A DNA stretch of 64,000 nt from a virus (lineage: Duplodnaviria > Caudoviricetes), in the IMG/VR virus record IMGVR_UViG_3300029305_002366, positions 47,318 through 111,317 of that record. One strand, written 5' to 3'. The notes under the pieces are model-generated. The model saw nothing but the letters and a program-made list of their open reading frames with translations. It did not search any database and had not been told where the DNA came from. Below are positions 63,506-64,000 of the stretch, in pieces. Every line of letters starts with the position of its first letter. Positions within the stretch are counted from its first letter, which is position 1. Both the position numbers and the translations under genes were made by a program.

Positions 63506-64000
63506 ATGAGTAAATTTAAAATCGGAGATTGGGTAAGATGTACACAAACAATTCCATTCCTTGATAAAGAGGTAGGAATAGTGAGGGCTATTGATGGCAA
63601 TTCGTTTGGAGTAGAGTTTAAAAATCCTAACGAAAATCTGCATACTTTGGGCGGTAGATGTAAAGATTGTCACGGTTGGTGGGTTGAAGAAAGTGACCTT
63701 GAACTTGTTGAACCTGTTGCTCCAACATTCTCTAAAATTAAAGAGAAGGAAATAGATTGCCTGATTCACACAAGAACACAGCGAGATGCAGATATACTGT
63801 TTATCAGACTTGAAGCCGATGGTATGTGGTCTGCTGATAAGTGTTGGACACCTTATGGAAACAATACGGCATATCATATTGAAGATGGAAAGATTAATAC
63901 TTACAGTGATATTAATTGGTATAAAACCAATCCTCCGTACTCAGAACTTCCGATATATGAATTTGACGATATATACAACGAGAATGAACTTGGACTTGTC
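63506..64000 (+). CDS. hypothetical protein, truncated by window end
   Basis: AAGGAG RBS; MSKFKIGDWVRC... open to the end of the window. Confidence 0.7.
   Translation, partial: MSKFKIGDWVRCTQTIPFLDKEVGIVRAIDGNSFGVEFKNPNENLHTLGGRCKDCHGWWVEESDLELVEPVAPTFSKIKEKEIDCLIHTRTQRDADILFIRLEADGMWSADKCWTPYGNNTAYHIEDGKINTYSDINWYKTNPPYSELPIYEFDDIYNENELGLV

Larger units (their letters stand above)
1..64000. mobile_element. segment of a large SPbeta-like temperate phage/prophage
   Basis: yonO/yonK/yonJ/HU and yorF-yorL-like gene order, YopX, tRNAs, HNH-AP2 endonucleases; no host housekeeping operons. Confidence 0.9.

Noticed and set aside
1-64000. Genome-wide TAG-to-Gln recoding (genetic code 15)
   Set aside because: Only one internal TAG was noticed. 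Long genes (dnaE, yonO, recD2) are uninterrupted, several genes end in TAG, and no CUA-anticodon tRNA is present.

Overview
The window is part of a large, AT-rich SPbeta-like temperate phage or prophage of a Firmicute. Two phage-encoded dockerin proteins point to a cellulosome-producing Ruminococcus-type host (inference). Left arm (minus strand, 1-17.6 kb): YonO-type single-subunit RNA polymerase, ClpP, beta-CASP nuclease, YonK/YonJ/HU-like genes, HNH-AP2 endonucleases and a RepL-like protein. A ~2.9 kb divergent non-coding region (17.6-20.5 kb) holds iteron-like repeats, hairpins and a type I toxin-antitoxin-like locus. Right arm (plus strand): many small early genes behind consensus sigmaA promoters that share a recurrent asymmetric operator-like motif, a DUF262 protein, two N6-adenine methyltransferases, a recombinase/TnpB/MazF/repressor-like module, a tRNA plus ncRNA cluster, a radical SAM module, and the SPbeta yorF-yorL-like replication block (AAA ATPase, DnaB, primase, RecJ, DnaE) plus RecD2. 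Top findings: (1) a transposase-less, catalytically intact TnpB coupled to a tyrosine recombinase gene, whose predicted guide is a diverged second copy of that gene's 3' end while the resident allele is recoded in the seed (candidate RNA-guided homing or inter-phage system); (2) three antisense RBS+ATG mimic sRNAs and several enlarged tRNA-like RNAs embedded in the tRNA operon; (3) secreted dockerin proteins; (4) an orphan MazF under a LexA-box promoter. All protein calls come from motif recognition by eye; no database searches or folding computations were run.
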